A DNA stretch of 59,063 bases, counting the filler. It is 4 parts of 4 records of this genome, joined end to end, with 100 filler letters (N's around TTAATTAATTAA, not from the genome) between each part and the next. Parts side by side here need not be neighbours in the genome. Positions count along the whole stretch, not along the records: positions 39,789 to 59,063 come from SRR20825006_1181; 3 more parts are not named here. One strand, written 5' to 3'. Position 1 is the first letter of the stretch. Each line of letters starts with the position of its first letter. Position numbers and translations under genes: made by a program. Of this stretch, positions 41,556-50,505 are shown one piece after another. The notes below the pieces were generated by a model that did no database searches, had not been told where the DNA came from, and saw nothing but the letters and a program-made list of their open reading frames with translations.

Positions 41556-42604
41556 CAGGAAAAGGCTTTTTCGAGCCGTTCTGAAATTGCTGCACGATCC
41601 AACGGCGACTGGCCGATCACCACCAGCGAGGTTTGTTTTTCCTCGTCGCTGGTCCATGGCCGATCAAAATAGGTGTCGACGCGCGGACCAACTGCCTGCA
41701 CGGAAAGCCGTGCTGGTGCGTCCTTGATGGCAGCGAAGCCTTTGAGGCGCAGAATGTCGAAATCCTTGATCACATTGCTGATGGCATTGCCCAACTGTAT
41801 CTTGTCTGCCGCAGCTGGCAGGCGGATGGAGAAGCTGTCAAAATCATCATGTTCGTGATGATGGTCTTCACCCTCATGATGGTGTTCATGGTGAGACTTA
41901 CGTCCATCCATATCCAATTCGCTCTCGGCTTCGATGCCAAGCAAAGCGGCCATATCAATCTCACCCTTTTGGGTGCGCACCAGTTTCACACCCTCACGCA
42001 ATTCTTTGCGGATAGCGGCTTCGACTTTTTCCAAATCTTCCGATGACACAAGGTCGGATTTGTTGAGCAACACCAAATCGGCACAGATCAATTGATCTTC
42101 GAACAGTTCGCCCAATGGGGTTTCATGATCAAGCATTTCGTCTTGCTGACGCTGGGCATCCACGGCGGCTTCGTTGGAGGCAAAACGGCCAGCCGCGAGA
42201 GCGGATGCATCAGCGACAGTGACCACACCATCGACCGTTACATCAGCTTTGATCTCTGGCCAATTGAAGGCGCGCACAAGAGGTTGCGGCAGCGCCAAGC
42301 CAGAGGTTTCGATCACAATATGATCTGGGCGGTTGGCGCTTTGCAGTAGCGCAGTGATCGTTGGGATAAAATCTTCGGCCACGGTGCAGCAAATGCAGCC
42401 ATTGGCCAGTTCGACCATATCGGTTTCGCTGCAGGCTTCGTCGCCACAGCCTTGCAGCACATCGCGGTCCACGCCGACATCGCCAAATTCATTGATGATC
42501 AGCGCAATGCGCTTGCCTTTGGCATTGTTCAACACATGGCGCACAAGGGTTGTTTTGCCCGCACCAAGAAAACCGGTGATCACCGTTGCTGGAATCTTTT
42601 TCAT
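41555..42604 (-). CDS. cobW: Cobalamin biosynthesis GTPase CobW
   Basis: GFLGAGKTT, NEFG, GCICC, ETSGLALP, His-rich stretch; AAGGAG RBS. Confidence 0.95.
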   Translation of the reverse strand: MKKIPATVITGFLGAGKTTLVRHVLNNAKGKRIALIINEFGDVGVDRDVLQGCGDEACSETDMVELANGCICCTVAEDFIPTITALLQSANRPDHIVIETSGLALPQPLVRAFNWPEIKADVTVDGVVTVADASALAAGRFASNEAAVDAQRQQDEMLDHETPLGELFEDQLICADLVLLNKSDLVSSEDLEKVEAAIRKELREGVKLVRTQKGEIDMAALLGIEAESELDMDGRKSHHEHHHEGEDHHHEHDDFDSFSIRLPAAADKIQLGNAISNVIKDFDILRLKGFAAIKDAPARLSVQAVGPRVDTYFDRPWTSDEEKQTSLVVIGQSPLDRAAISERLEKAFS

Positions 42605-42660
42605 TTTTGCTCCTTGAGGCATTTGCCTCACCGTCCACCCGACGGCATTCGAGTTATGTT

Positions 42661-42853
42661 GGCGATGGCAGGTCTCCTGGCTCGCGATTCGAACGATCTC
42701 AACCAGCCTTCCCGAAATTTCAGTGGCAAATTGGTTGCGATCTTATCGCTTACAGTTGCGGGGGCAGCCTTGGATTCGTTCCCCGAATTGGGTCGAACTC
42801 ACCATGTTCCCTTTTCACTTATTAGGTGCTTTTGCACCCATAAGACCGTCGCG
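42661..42853 (-). ncRNA. Cobalamin (B12) riboswitch upstream of cobW
   Basis: Minus strand has AAGGGAA, GCTGCCCCCGCAACTGTAA, GCCACTG, GGGAAGG, GAGCCAGGAGACCTGCC. Confidence 0.93.
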
Positions 42854-42887
42854 TGAACCTTATGAATTGCATGTGCAGCCGGAAGCG

Positions 42888-43598
42888 TCAATCATTCAAT
42901 TGAACGCCGCCCAAAGTGCCGCACATCATCTGCCGTTTGCCCGCATGACCCTTTTTGCGGATCACTTCGAATCCTGCTGCCTGCAAATTGCGACGCACCC
43001 AACCGGCGGCTGTATAGGTCGCGAACGTTCCGTCGGGATTGGTATGAGTCGCGAGCGCTTGCATCAATTCCTCACCCCACATGGCTGGATTTTTGGCCGG
43101 GGCGAAACCGTCCAGATACCATGCGTCTGCCATGCCTTGCCATTTGGGCAGGGTTTGAGTGACGTCACCGATTTGGAGCTGAAGCACAATGCCCGGTTCA
43201 ATTTCAACCGCGTCGCCAGCCGCAATTTGATCCCAATGGCCCAGCATAAGTTCGCGCATTTCTGCCAGCATGGGCCATGGTTGGAGCGCGCGCTCGATCT
43301 GGTCTGCAGTCATGGGGTAAAGTTCAAATGAGGTGAAGTGGAGCAATTGATTTTCGCCACGCACTTCGCGCCACTGCCGCCATGTTTCGAGAAAGTTTAG
43401 CCCGGTGCCGAAACCAAGTTCGCCGATTGCGAATTGATCCTTCTGCGTCCACCGATCTGGAATATTGTTGGATTGGATAAAGACATAATCACATTCCAAC
43501 CGCCCATCGGCGTGGGAATAGAAATGGTCGCCAAATTCGGGCGAAAACGGCATGTCGTTTTCATGCCACTCCAAATCTGGTGATGTTGGCTTCGCCAT
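42888..43598 (-). CDS. mnmD: tRNA mnm5s2U34 methyltransferase (MnmC methyltransferase half)
   Basis: ELGFGTGLNF, DAWYLDGFAPAKNP, TYTAAGWVRR, KRQM. Confidence 0.92.
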   Translation of the reverse strand: MAKPTSPDLEWHENDMPFSPEFGDHFYSHADGRLECDYVFIQSNNIPDRWTQKDQFAIGELGFGTGLNFLETWRQWREVRGENQLLHFTSFELYPMTADQIERALQPWPMLAEMRELMLGHWDQIAAGDAVEIEPGIVLQLQIGDVTQTLPKWQGMADAWYLDGFAPAKNPAMWGEELMQALATHTNPDGTFATYTAAGWVRRNLQAAGFEVIRKKGHAGKRQMMCGTLGGVQLND

Positions 43599-43610
43599 GC
43601 TTTTCTCCGC

Positions 43611-43640
43611 AAAACACCCGGCTGTTACACCGGGTGTTTT
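43611..43640. terminator. Terminator-like hairpin after the TRAP operon
   Basis: AAAACACCCGG-N8-CCGGGTGTTTT. Confidence 0.75.
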
Positions 43641-43667
43641 AGGATTTATCACACGATAAGAAAAGGG

Positions 43668-44972
43668 CTAATCAAACATCGCATTGGGCAGCATCAGCGC
43701 GATTTCTGGGAAGATGACAATCAGCGCCAAAGTGGCGATCATGGCCAGCCAGAAGGGCATAATGCCTGCAAAGATGGTTTCGATTTTCACATCTTGAACC
43801 ACGCTTTTCACAATGAACACATTGACGCCAACTGGAGGTGAGATCAGCCCCATTTCCAAAACGATCACCATCACCACGCCGAGCCAAATGGGATCGAAGC
43901 CCAGTCCAACCACCAAGGGGAACACGATAGGCAACGTGATCACCAAAAGGGAAAGCCCTTCAATGAACATGCCCAAAATCACATAGCCCAACAGGATGAG
44001 CGCCAAAGTGCCATAAGTGCCCAACGCCAACCCAGCCATAGCCGCTGCGATGGTGGCGGGCAGATGGGAGAGCGCGACGAACGGCGCGAACACATTGGCC
44101 CCCACCAGAATGAAAAAGGCCATGCCAGTTGTTTTCAGCGTTTCGGCACTGACATCGTAGAGCGTGGCCCACGTGCATTTGCGCCGAACAATCAACATCA
44201 CCAACGCAAAGAATGCGCCAACGCCCGCCGCTTCAACAGGGGTAAACAGCCCCGTGTAAATACCGCCAATGGTGATCAACACGATACCGCCAATGCCTGT
44301 GGCCCGAAGCAAGCTTGCGAGTTTTTCTTTGGTGGTGAATTGCGGTCCGCGCGGCCCCTCTTCCGGCCAAATAAAGGTGACCACCGCAATCGCCAGCAAA
44401 AACATGGTGGTGAGCAAAATGCCAGGTAACACGCCCGCCATAAACAGGCGACCAATGGATTCCTCGGTCAGCACCGCATAAATCACAAAGCCTGTGGAGG
44501 GCGGGATCAAGATGCCCAAAGTGCCGCCTGCCGCGATGGCACCGGTGGCCAGCTTTGGCCCATAATTAAACCGCCGCATTTCGGGATAGGCCACTTTGCC
44601 CATGGTGATGGCCGAAGCGATAGAAGAGCCGGACAGCGCGGCAAAGCCAGCGCAGCCAAGAATGGTAGCTGCAGCCAACCCGCCCCTTAACCGTCCAATC
44701 ATTTTGTGGGCTGCTTCGAACAAATCTCGGCTTAAGCCTGCTGCCGATGCCAAGTTCCCCATCAGGATAAAGAGGGGAATGATGGTCAGTTCATAAACCG
44801 TGACGGTGGCAAAAACCTGCCCGCTGAGCGTGAATGCGGCTGCTTGAAAGCCGGACAAAAAGATTGTGCCGACAAAGCCAACAACTAACAGTGCCACGGC
44901 CACTGGTGCGCCCATGGCCAAAAAGACAAATAGGGCGACAAAGCCCAAAACACCATAGAGTTCCGGGCTCAT
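43668..44972 (-). CDS. dctM: TRAP transporter large permease (DctM family)
   Basis: IPLFILMG, GGTLGILIPPS, FTPVEA, ISPPVG. Confidence 0.93.
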   Translation of the reverse strand: MSPELYGVLGFVALFVFLAMGAPVAVALLVVGFVGTIFLSGFQAAAFTLSGQVFATVTVYELTIIPLFILMGNLASAAGLSRDLFEAAHKMIGRLRGGLAAATILGCAGFAALSGSSIASAITMGKVAYPEMRRFNYGPKLATGAIAAGGTLGILIPPSTGFVIYAVLTEESIGRLFMAGVLPGILLTTMFLLAIAVVTFIWPEEGPRGPQFTTKEKLASLLRATGIGGIVLITIGGIYTGLFTPVEAAGVGAFFALVMLIVRRKCTWATLYDVSAETLKTTGMAFFILVGANVFAPFVALSHLPATIAAAMAGLALGTYGTLALILLGYVILGMFIEGLSLLVITLPIVFPLVVGLGFDPIWLGVVMVIVLEMGLISPPVGVNVFIVKSVVQDVKIETIFAGIMPFWLAMIATLALIVIFPEIALMLPNAMFD

Positions 44973-45463
44973 CGCAATAGCCTTTCCACCAGCAACAAGA
45001 GTGCGCTAAGTCCGCTGCCCGCTGCAACCGCATAATAGGATGGGCCGAACGGCAATTGCAGCAGCAAAGTGCTCTCGCCAAAGCTTGCCGCTTCCAGCGC
45101 GTTAGAGAAGGCGCGCCACGACAAATAGCTTAGAATGACCACGCCCATAATGGTGACGAGCCAATCTAAGATTTTTTGCACCGGGGCGGGCATCATATCG
45201 GTAATGGTGTCGATAGCGATAAGACGGCCCGACATAACGCATAAGGGAAAGCTGATCGCGACGGCAAATGACAGAAGAATCTGCGCGTAATCATTTGCGC
45301 CGAATATTGGTTTGTTGAACAAGGACCGCAACAGAGCGTCAGAGAAGGACAGCCCCATCAGAATGAAAATAAGGGCGGCACCGCAGATCACCAACGGCGC
45401 TTCAACCCAACGGCGCCAGGCAGCTTGGTGCTGCGCCGGCGCCCCCATATGTGGCTCGCCCAT
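44969..45463 (-). CDS. dctQ: TRAP transporter small permease (DctQ family)
   Basis: 4 TM segments, position between dctP and dctM. Confidence 0.85.
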   Translation of the reverse strand: MGEPHMGAPAQHQAAWRRWVEAPLVICGAALIFILMGLSFSDALLRSLFNKPIFGANDYAQILLSFAVAISFPLCVMSGRLIAIDTITDMMPAPVQKILDWLVTIMGVVILSYLSWRAFSNALEAASFGESTLLLQLPFGPSYYAVAAGSGLSALLLLVERLLR

Positions 45464-45466
45464 GGC

Positions 45467-46483
45467 TTAATTGCCAGCCAAAGCGTCTACAAGTGCGTGG
45501 GCATCCACGCCATTTTCTTGCCCTACTTTATCGATGAATTGGTCCAAAGTGGCCTTCATCTTTTCGCGGAACTCTGCGTCAGCTTGGCTATCGATCTCGA
45601 TCACTTCCACGCCGCTTTCACGTGCCAAATCCAAACCGGATTGTCCCGCTTCATAAAAGGCCTGTGCGCCGCGCAAGCTTAAATAACGCCCAGTCAGGTC
45701 GGTTAGCTTGGCCTTATGCTCATCGCTCAATTTGTCCCAGCTGGATTTGTTCATCAAAAGATAAAAGCTATCCAGTGCTGATGGGATGTTGGTGGTGACA
45801 TATTTGGCGGTTTCATTGAGCTTGTAGGACCGTATGCCTGATGGCCCGATCATCACAGCGTCAATCACGCCTGTGTTCATTGCATTGTAGGTGTCTGTTG
45901 TTGGCATGGACACTGGAATGCCGCCCCATGCTTTCACCAGCTCGGCCATCACTGGATTTGGGGTGCGGATTTTCATGCCCTGCATATCCGCAACAGTGCG
46001 CACTGGCTTGTCGCGCGTGAGCAAAACAGATGGGTTGTTGGCCCAAAGCCCAAGCAGTTTTGTTTGGGCATATTCGTCTTCGATCAGTTCTAGATTATCC
46101 CAAAGCGCGTGCGTCGCGTCTGTGCCGCTCGCGAAAAGGCCGGGAATGTGCACCATGGCGGTCTTACTGAACTGATTTGGCGTATATTCAGGAATGCCGA
46201 AAACGATGTCGGCCACGCCTGTCACCACGCGCTTATATTGTTGCACCGGGCCTTTGCCCAACTCGCCTGATGGATAGATGCGAATGGTCAGTTCACCATC
46301 AGTTGCGGCATTGAGCTGCTCAGCCAGCGGGGTCATCACCCCTTGGTCCATCGGATGCATGGACGGCATGAAATGCGCCAGCTTCAACTCTTCTGCCTGC
46401 ACGGAAGCCGCACCCGCCATAAGGCCAAATGCGGCGATGCTAAAGACTGCGATTTGCCTAAATTTCTTGAATTCAACTCTCAT
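45467..46483 (-). CDS. dctP: TRAP substrate-binding protein (DctP family)
   Basis: Signal peptide, GMKIRTP (conserved carboxylate-binding Arg), TGVIDA. Confidence 0.92.
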   Translation of the reverse strand: MRVEFKKFRQIAVFSIAAFGLMAGAASVQAEELKLAHFMPSMHPMDQGVMTPLAEQLNAATDGELTIRIYPSGELGKGPVQQYKRVVTGVADIVFGIPEYTPNQFSKTAMVHIPGLFASGTDATHALWDNLELIEDEYAQTKLLGLWANNPSVLLTRDKPVRTVADMQGMKIRTPNPVMAELVKAWGGIPVSMPTTDTYNAMNTGVIDAVMIGPSGIRSYKLNETAKYVTTNIPSALDSFYLLMNKSSWDKLSDEHKAKLTDLTGRYLSLRGAQAFYEAGQSGLDLARESGVEVIEIDSQADAEFREKMKATLDQFIDKVGQENGVDAHALVDALAGN

Positions 46484-46526
46484 TTTCTCTCCCCCTCAAT
46501 TGAATTCTGAATAGTACTTAACATAG

Positions 46527-46547
46527 GTAGTTATCCATGTTAACTAC
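46527..46547. promoter_or_regulatory. Palindromic operator candidate between dctP and marR
   Basis: GTAGTTA-N7-TAACTAC perfect inverted repeat in an AT-rich divergent promoter region. Confidence 0.6.
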
Positions 46548-46599
46548 ATAAAAGATTATGATATATGATGAGTCAACTGGTTTGTTTTGGAGGCAATCA

Positions 46600-47049
46600 T
46601 TGGCTGAAGAATTTACATTGCATAACCGCGTTGGGTTCAAAGTGACCCGGTTGGCGCGAATTATGGAAGCGAAGCTAGAAAAACAACTCTCAGAGCATGG
46701 GGTAACCCGCCTGATGTGGTGTGTTTTGCGCGGGGTGGGCATGGAAGATGTGCGCACGCCGTCTGGCTTGGCAGAATATATCTGCATTGCGCGTCCGGCC
46801 GTTTCTCGGCTGCTGCGTGACATGGAAAAACGCGGCTTTATCGAGCGCACCGGCATTGATGACGATAAGCGCTTTCGCGACATCGCACTGACGGAATTGG
46901 GCGAAGAGAAAATGAAGGCGTGCCATGTTTTGGTGCGGGAGTTAAACGAGCATTTTGCAGGCAAATTGGACGATAAAACTTACGCCATTGTGATGAAGGC
47001 CATCGACCAGATGACCGAGGGCGAAGACGTAAAGCTGATGAGACTTTAA
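46600..47049 (+). CDS. MarR family transcriptional regulator
   Basis: TPSGLA...VSRLLRDMEKRGFIER...DKR...LTELG; TTG start after GGAGG. Confidence 0.9.
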   Translation: MAEEFTLHNRVGFKVTRLARIMEAKLEKQLSEHGVTRLMWCVLRGVGMEDVRTPSGLAEYICIARPAVSRLLRDMEKRGFIERTGIDDDKRFRDIALTELGEEKMKACHVLVRELNEHFAGKLDDKTYAIVMKAIDQMTEGEDVKLMRL

Positions 47050-47194
47050 CGCGGATCTGGGGGGATGAACGCACGTGCAAGGCAACACAAAAATCAAGCA
47101 CATCAATGTGCAGGCGGCACCAATAAAAGGCAAAACAATCCATAATCAGTGCGCTGAAAAGCTGCATCCTTGCGCAGCATAAAGGGCGACTGAG

Positions 47195-50100
47195 TTGAAG
47201 TATTTTTCCAATAAGAACAGACCATTTCACCTGGGCACTTTTCCGCTTGAGCGTTTAAAGCGGACTGATAAAGCGGTGCATTTGGCCAAGCTGCCAAAGT
47301 TTGAACAGATGCATTTCAGCTATGAAGCCGCACCCGAAAATATCATCAATTCAATGGCAGAAGCACAAGCAATGCTGGATGCCATTCGCGATGGGCTGGT
47401 GAACAAGGCCAAGGCAGAAGTGCCGGACGATCTGGTCGAGCGCCAAAATCACCTAAAAGCCTTCGGCTATTTCTCGGATGTGGCGATGGCGGGTACGTGC
47501 GCCTTTTCGCCTGATATGATGTTGGACACGCCGTTTCGTAATCCAGGCATTGACCAATTGGCACAAAAACTGCGGACCAACCAAACGAAGTCGCTCGCCT
47601 CCGGCGTGGACATGATCATGGCGGATTTGCGCGATGCAATGAACGCACCGCCGCAAGAAATAACGCATCACCAGAACGCCCTTGTTTTTGTAGTCGAGCA
47701 CCCGCGCAAAATCTGGCCTGACGAGCCGGGCGCAGCTTGGCTGAATGGCGCACAGGCGCACCGCTCTGCCCTGCGGGCCAATGAGGCAGCCGTGGTGTTG
47801 GCACAATATATGCGGCTTTTGGGCCATGACGCCCGCGCCCATTCTCACTCCACCAGCGATGTGGATTTGAATCGACTGGCTGTTGAAGCGGGTCTGGCGA
47901 CGGTAGAAAATGGGAGCCTGCACAATCCATTTTTGGGGTCTCACTTCTCCATCGCGGCGGTGACGACTGATTTTGACTTTGCACATGACAAACCCTTGGC
48001 ACCGCTCGCCGACCAGCCAAAGGCCCAACTCAAAGGCTGGGCCTGGAAGCTCGGGTATGGCACAGGCAAAAGTGCAAAAAATGCAGATCCCTATGCCAAG
48101 CGACGGTTTGTGGACGGGGCGCATCCGTTTGAAACGTTGAAACGGGTGGAAGAGCCAACCACCTTTATCGATGAAGATCGCGTGCCGCGCGTGCCCAAGC
48201 GCACGGACATGTTTGCCCGCTCGCTGTTTGGCGACATGGGCAAGCGCAACCAACAAGCCTCTGTTGGCGGGAAATATGTGCGCAAGTCTGCCCCTTCCAT
48301 GGCGCAGCGCCGCGCACTGGGTGCATTTGTTTTGCTGCAGGATGGAGAGCCTGCTCCCGCGCCAAGCACTAACACGCTGAACGCGCATAAAAATGCGGAA
48401 AACATCAAGGCTATGTCGCATTTTCTGGGAGTCGATGCTGTCGGCATTTCGCGGTGTCCTGACTGGACATGGTATTCTCACGATGCGGTGGGCGACCCGA
48501 TTGACCCACCCCATGATCAAGCCATTTCCATGGTGATTGACCAGGGCTATGACACGATGGAAGGCGCATCTGGCGACGATTGGATAGCCGTGTCGCAATC
48601 AATGCGCGCCTATCTCCGTTTTTCGATATTGGGCAGTATTGTCGCCAAGCAAATTCGCTCGCTTGGTTATGGCGCGCGGGCACACACAGTGATGGATGGC
48701 GAAGTGCTGCAACCGCCTCTCTTGTTGCTTTCGGGCCTCGGTGAAGTAAGCCGCATTGGTGAAGTGATCCTCAACCCGTTTTTGGGGCCACGGCTTAAAT
48801 CTGGGGTGGTGACGACTACGCTGCCCATGAGCCACGACAAGCCCATTTCCTTCGGCTTGCAGCAATTTTGTGAGAGCTGCAACAAATGCGCCCGCGAATG
48901 TCCTTCCGGGGCGATTACCGCTGGGCCGAAGCTGATGTTCAATGGCTATGAGATTTGGAAATCGGACAGCCAGAAATGCACCACCTATCGGATCACCAAT
49001 GAGGGTGGCGCCATGTGTGGCCGCTGCATGAAAACATGTCCTTGGAATCTGGAGGGCATATTTGCGGAAGCGCCGTTCCGTTGGGCGGCGATGAATATTC
49101 CAAAGGCAGCGCCAGCCCTTGCCAAGCTGGATGATGCAGTGGGCAATGGTGAGCGAAATTTGATCAAGAAATGGTGGTGGGACATTGAGCTGCATGATGA
49201 TGGTGGCTATCGCCCAACGCCGCACAAGGTGAATGAGCGCGACCTGCAAAAGGATTTGGACCTAAAATTTGAGGATCAAACCCTGGCGGTTTACCCCGCC
49301 AATCTGGCGCCGCATCCTTGGCCATTCCCCTTCCCCATGGATCGGGAAAAGGGCATTGAGGCCTATCAGGCGATGATCACGGCAGATCAGTATAAGGCGA
49401 AGCTGGCGCGGGGTGAAACGGAAGGGTTGGCGCACGAATATCGCATTGAGGGCGACGCCCCAGTGATCCGGGTGCAGATCAGTAAAGCCGAGGCGATGAC
49501 CGATGGCGTCACCAAATATGAGTTTAAAACGCTTGATGGCACGCCCCTGCCCGAATGGACCGCAGGCGCGCACCTGGACATTGTAGTGGCCCCAGAATTC
49601 TTGCGGCAATATTCCATGTCTGGCGATCCGGCAGACAATTCAAAATATCAGATCGGCGTGTTGCGCGAAGATGAAGGGCGCGGCGGCTCGCAATTGCTGC
49701 ACCGCATTTTCACGGAAGGGCGGAAGATTTTCATCTCCAAACCGATCAATCATTTCCCCTTAGAGGAGCAGGCCAGCAAAAGCTTTTTGATGGGCGGCGG
49801 CATTGGGGTGACTCCGATGATCGCCATGGCCCATCGCTTGCACGCGATTGGCGCGGACTTTGAGCTGTATTATTGCTGCTCATCTCGCAAAACTGCAGGA
49901 TTTATGGACGATTTGGCGCAGTTTGAATGGGCGGATCGGGTGCATTATCACTTTAGTGATGAGGGCACGCGGGCCGACCTTGATGCGATTTTGAAAGACT
50001 ATCAGCCGGGGCAACATGTTTATTGTTGTGGGCCGGACCGGTTTATGGCCGGGGTGATGGAAAGCGCTGAGCGGCAGGGCTTTGCCGAGGAAGAGCGACA

Positions 50101-50410
50101 TCTTGAATATTTCAATGTGCCGGAACTGCCCGAATATGAAAACCACCCCTTCACGTTGAAATTGGCCAAGTCGGGCCGCGAATTTGTGGTACCAGCGGAT
50201 AAATCCGCCACGGATGTGTTGCAGGAAAACGGCGTTCAGATTGATGTGAAATGTTCGGACGGGATTTGCGGTGTGTGCAAATGCGGCATCGTTTCCGGCG
50301 AGGTGGAGCATCGCGATTTTGTGCTGTCGAAAAAACAGCAAGAGACCAGCGTGATCCTTTGCCAATCGCGTGCAGCGAAAGCAGATGGTGTGTTGGAAGT
50401 TGACTTGTAA
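47195..50410 (+). CDS. rdhA: Self-sufficient catabolic reductive dehalogenase (RdhA fused to flavin/NAD(P)H reductase and 2Fe-2S ferredoxin; BhbA-type)
   Basis: SGLGE, NPFLGPRLK, CESCNKCARECP and C...CGRCMKTCP (2x4Fe-4S), RQYS, GGGIGVTP, CGP, CSDGICGVC...LCQ; no Tat signal. Confidence 0.93.
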   Translation: MKYFSNKNRPFHLGTFPLERLKRTDKAVHLAKLPKFEQMHFSYEAAPENIINSMAEAQAMLDAIRDGLVNKAKAEVPDDLVERQNHLKAFGYFSDVAMAGTCAFSPDMMLDTPFRNPGIDQLAQKLRTNQTKSLASGVDMIMADLRDAMNAPPQEITHHQNALVFVVEHPRKIWPDEPGAAWLNGAQAHRSALRANEAAVVLAQYMRLLGHDARAHSHSTSDVDLNRLAVEAGLATVENGSLHNPFLGSHFSIAAVTTDFDFAHDKPLAPLADQPKAQLKGWAWKLGYGTGKSAKNADPYAKRRFVDGAHPFETLKRVEEPTTFIDEDRVPRVPKRTDMFARSLFGDMGKRNQQASVGGKYVRKSAPSMAQRRALGAFVLLQDGEPAPAPSTNTLNAHKNAENIKAMSHFLGVDAVGISRCPDWTWYSHDAVGDPIDPPHDQAISMVIDQGYDTMEGASGDDWIAVSQSMRAYLRFSILGSIVAKQIRSLGYGARAHTVMDGEVLQPPLLLLSGLGEVSRIGEVILNPFLGPRLKSGVVTTTLPMSHDKPISFGLQQFCESCNKCARECPSGAITAGPKLMFNGYEIWKSDSQKCTTYRITNEGGAMCGRCMKTCPWNLEGIFAEAPFRWAAMNIPKAAPALAKLDDAVGNGERNLIKKWWWDIELHDDGGYRPTPHKVNERDLQKDLDLKFEDQTLAVYPANLAPHPWPFPFPMDREKGIEAYQAMITADQYKAKLARGETEGLAHEYRIEGDAPVIRVQISKAEAMTDGVTKYEFKTLDGTPLPEWTAGAHLDIVVAPEFLRQYSMSGDPADNSKYQIGVLREDEGRGGSQLLHRIFTEGRKIFISKPINHFPLEEQASKSFLMGGGIGVTPMIAMAHRLHAIGADFELYYCCSSRKTAGFMDDLAQFEWADRVHYHFSDEGTRADLDAILKDYQPGQHVYCCGPDRFMAGVMESAERQGFAEEERHLEYFNVPELPEYENHPFTLKLAKSGREFVVPADKSATDVLQENGVQIDVKCSDGICGVCKCGIVSGEVEHRDFVLSKKQQETSVILCQSRAAKADGVLEVDL

Positions 50411-50505
50411 TCAGCAGGGCACTGTGGGGCGCATACGCATTTATGGGCAGCTTTATCCAATGAAGCCTTGTCAATTTAGGAAATATCTGGTCATTGCCTG
50501 ATGCT

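Noticed and set aside
47050-50505. Respiratory (organohalide-respiring) interpretation of rdhA
   Set aside because: No Tat signal, no room for rdhB on either side, and a fused NAD(P)H reductase point to the catabolic class
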